A DNA stretch of 64,000 bases, taken from NCBI GenBank assembly GCA_963840855.1, contig CAWJBB010000068.1, positions 1 to 64,000 on the forward strand, given 5' to 3'. The translations under genes were made by a program, and so were the position numbers. Below are positions 62,294 to 64,000 of the stretch, piece after piece. Each line of letters starts with the position of its first letter. Positions within the stretch are counted from its first letter, which is position 1. The notes beneath the pieces were generated by a model. The model did no database searches. It was not told the DNA's origin and worked only from the letters and a program-made list of their open reading frames with translations. Origin of the DNA: an uncultured delta proteobacterium. Lineage in GTDB: Bacteria > Desulfobacterota > Binatia > UBA9968.

Positions 62294-63947
62294 TTAGAAC
62301 CGCCACGCCACACTCGTCGTGACCACATGCCGCTTGTATTGGAATGCGGCCAAGTTCGATTGGTTTCTATCGTAGAGATACTCCAGCGCAACGTTGAGTG
62401 AGCAACTGCCGTTCGCGCCGCAAAAGGAAGAAGATTTCAAAAAGTCGGGAACGAAGTCTCTGGCGATGCCTATCTGATGGACCGGTTCTCGGTCTCGCCG
62501 CTTCACCGTGTTGGGCGCAGTTGCCGGCTGCAGACTATTTTTATTCCGATAGAAACGCCAGTGGAAATCGAGATCGTAACGTAAGCGGAGTTCCCACCAC
62601 GGCAAGCTGTATTGAAAGCCCGTCACGAGACGCTGGCCCTGATAACTCCAGTTGTCTCCCTCAGCGAACTCCGCATCGAACTGGTAGCCTAGCCTGGCGA
62701 AGTGCCGCCCCCCGTCAAAAAGCAGGACGTGAGCCAGACCCATCATATAGTTATTGGCATCGCGGACTTCACTGCGCACGACCCTGTCATCGTCATAGAA
62801 ATCCTTCCACTGAAATGTATATTGCAAGGTAGTTATGTTCCCTGCATTGGCCGCTAGGGTCAAATATGAGCTGACGATGCCGCGCTGGGTAAACGGGGCA
62901 TTACCCAATGAAATAAAATCGTACGTGACCTGGAGGCCGGCCTCATAAGGCAGCGCGCCAAAAGCGCTCTGCGTCGCGCCGCGCCGCGCGATGCTTAAGG
63001 TCGGGGTATGACTTTGCGTGTTAAACTCGGTCAGGTGATTGTAATAGGATTGCAGAAACCTGTAGGAGATATCTCCCTCCCAGTCGGGGTTCTTCAGCCA
63101 TGTATAGCCGAGATTGACAGTGGCTAATTCGCCTTCGCTCTTGCGCCGTGGATTAGTTTCCCGGATGACTCGTCGTCGTAATGTCGCTGTTCGGATCGGG
63201 AACCACGGGCACGTTAGTGTCGTAATACACTCCCAGCCGCAGCTCGCCGCGGAAAAATTTTTCTTCACTCTCCGCCTTCTGCAGGATTTCCCCGAAGCGC
63301 TGCAACGGCGCCACCAGAGGAGATACCGGCTGAAGACGCAGAGCCTGATCAATCTCGGCTCGCGCCTCGCCGGCATAGCCGAGGGCGGCAACCGCCAAGC
63401 CGGTATAAAAATGCGCGAGCTGCGCGAAATTATCGTCGCTGGGGACATTGGCCCTAAGGAGGGTCAGGGCATCGCGGTAATTTTTTTTACGGTACTCGAT
63501 GAAGCCGAGATAATAGCCGATGTTGGGGCGGCGGGGGTCAGCCTGATACGCCTGGCGAAGCAGGGGTTCCGCCTGTTCATACTCTTTCTGCGCAAAATGC
63601 AAGACCCCCAGCTGGAACGCGACGTCCGCATCGGCGGGTTGGATCGCTCTGGCCTTTTCGAGCGCTGCGCGGGCATCACCGGGCCGATCCAGAGCGCTAT
63701 AAACAAGGCCCTGATAATAGAGAGCGTCGACGCTCTGCGGATTCAAACGGAGCGCCTCCTGCAACTCCTTCAAGGCCGCATCATATCGCTTCTCGTTGTA
63801 AGCAAGAACCGCCCGATCGACGAAAACCGCTGCCTCGAGTTCCCCGGATTTCGGCGCTTGAGCGCCGGCAGTAGAAGGCGGAAAAATACTTAACAACCCA
63901 AACAGTACGGCAACCAGGACTTTTAGAGCGAAGAAGCGACACGCCAT
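62294..63947 (-). CDS. TPR + outer-membrane beta-barrel protein, frameshifted near 63165
   Basis: Signal peptide, TPRs, YYDTNV barrel start, amphipathic strands, terminal VAWRF. Confidence 0.82.
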
Positions 63948-64000
63948 TTTATCCTCTAGGTAACATCGATTCTCACAAATTTCCGGATTATCGCTGCTCA

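Overview
GC-rich bacterial chromosome segment from an LPS-producing diderm. The many orphan substrate-binding proteins (SBPs) and amidohydrolases suggest a Binatia/Deltaproteobacteria-like lineage, which is inference only. Layout: (1) 0.85-7.5 kb: an amide/ureide-catabolic cassette (SBP, amidohydrolase, AtzG/GatC-like peptide, amidase, Cys-less racemase-fold protein, PuuE remnant) bracketed by a ~530-bp direct repeat carrying a whole gene. (2) 8.3-14.7 kb: a minus-strand cluster with an atypical Co-type nitrile/thiocyanate hydratase (alpha subunit with a triplicated N-terminal arm, plus a free beta-type SH3 subunit), an atypical asparaginase-fold protein and a thiol-dioxygenase-like cupin. (3) 15-27.6 kb: intact housekeeping run kdsB-pyrG-kdsADC-lptCAB-rpoN-(hpf remnant)-ptsN-rapZ-ptsH-metK-ahcY. 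(4) 27.9-44.5 kb: mixed metabolic genes, including two divergent diiron proteins, putA and an OsmC-like gene with an in-frame UGA plus SECIS-like hairpin (probable selenoprotein). (5) 44.8-64 kb: a signalling island with a sigma-54 activator, its candidate enhancer and promoter, four orphan SBPs, a dCache-HAMP-GAF kinase, two class III cyclases, an MBL hydrolase and an unusual cNMP/MalT-like/DASS transporter fusion. A vapBC-type module sits between repeated SBP 3' ends. Several 1-nt frameshifts may be sequencing errors. No rRNA, tRNA, CRISPR, integrase or transposase was recognised.
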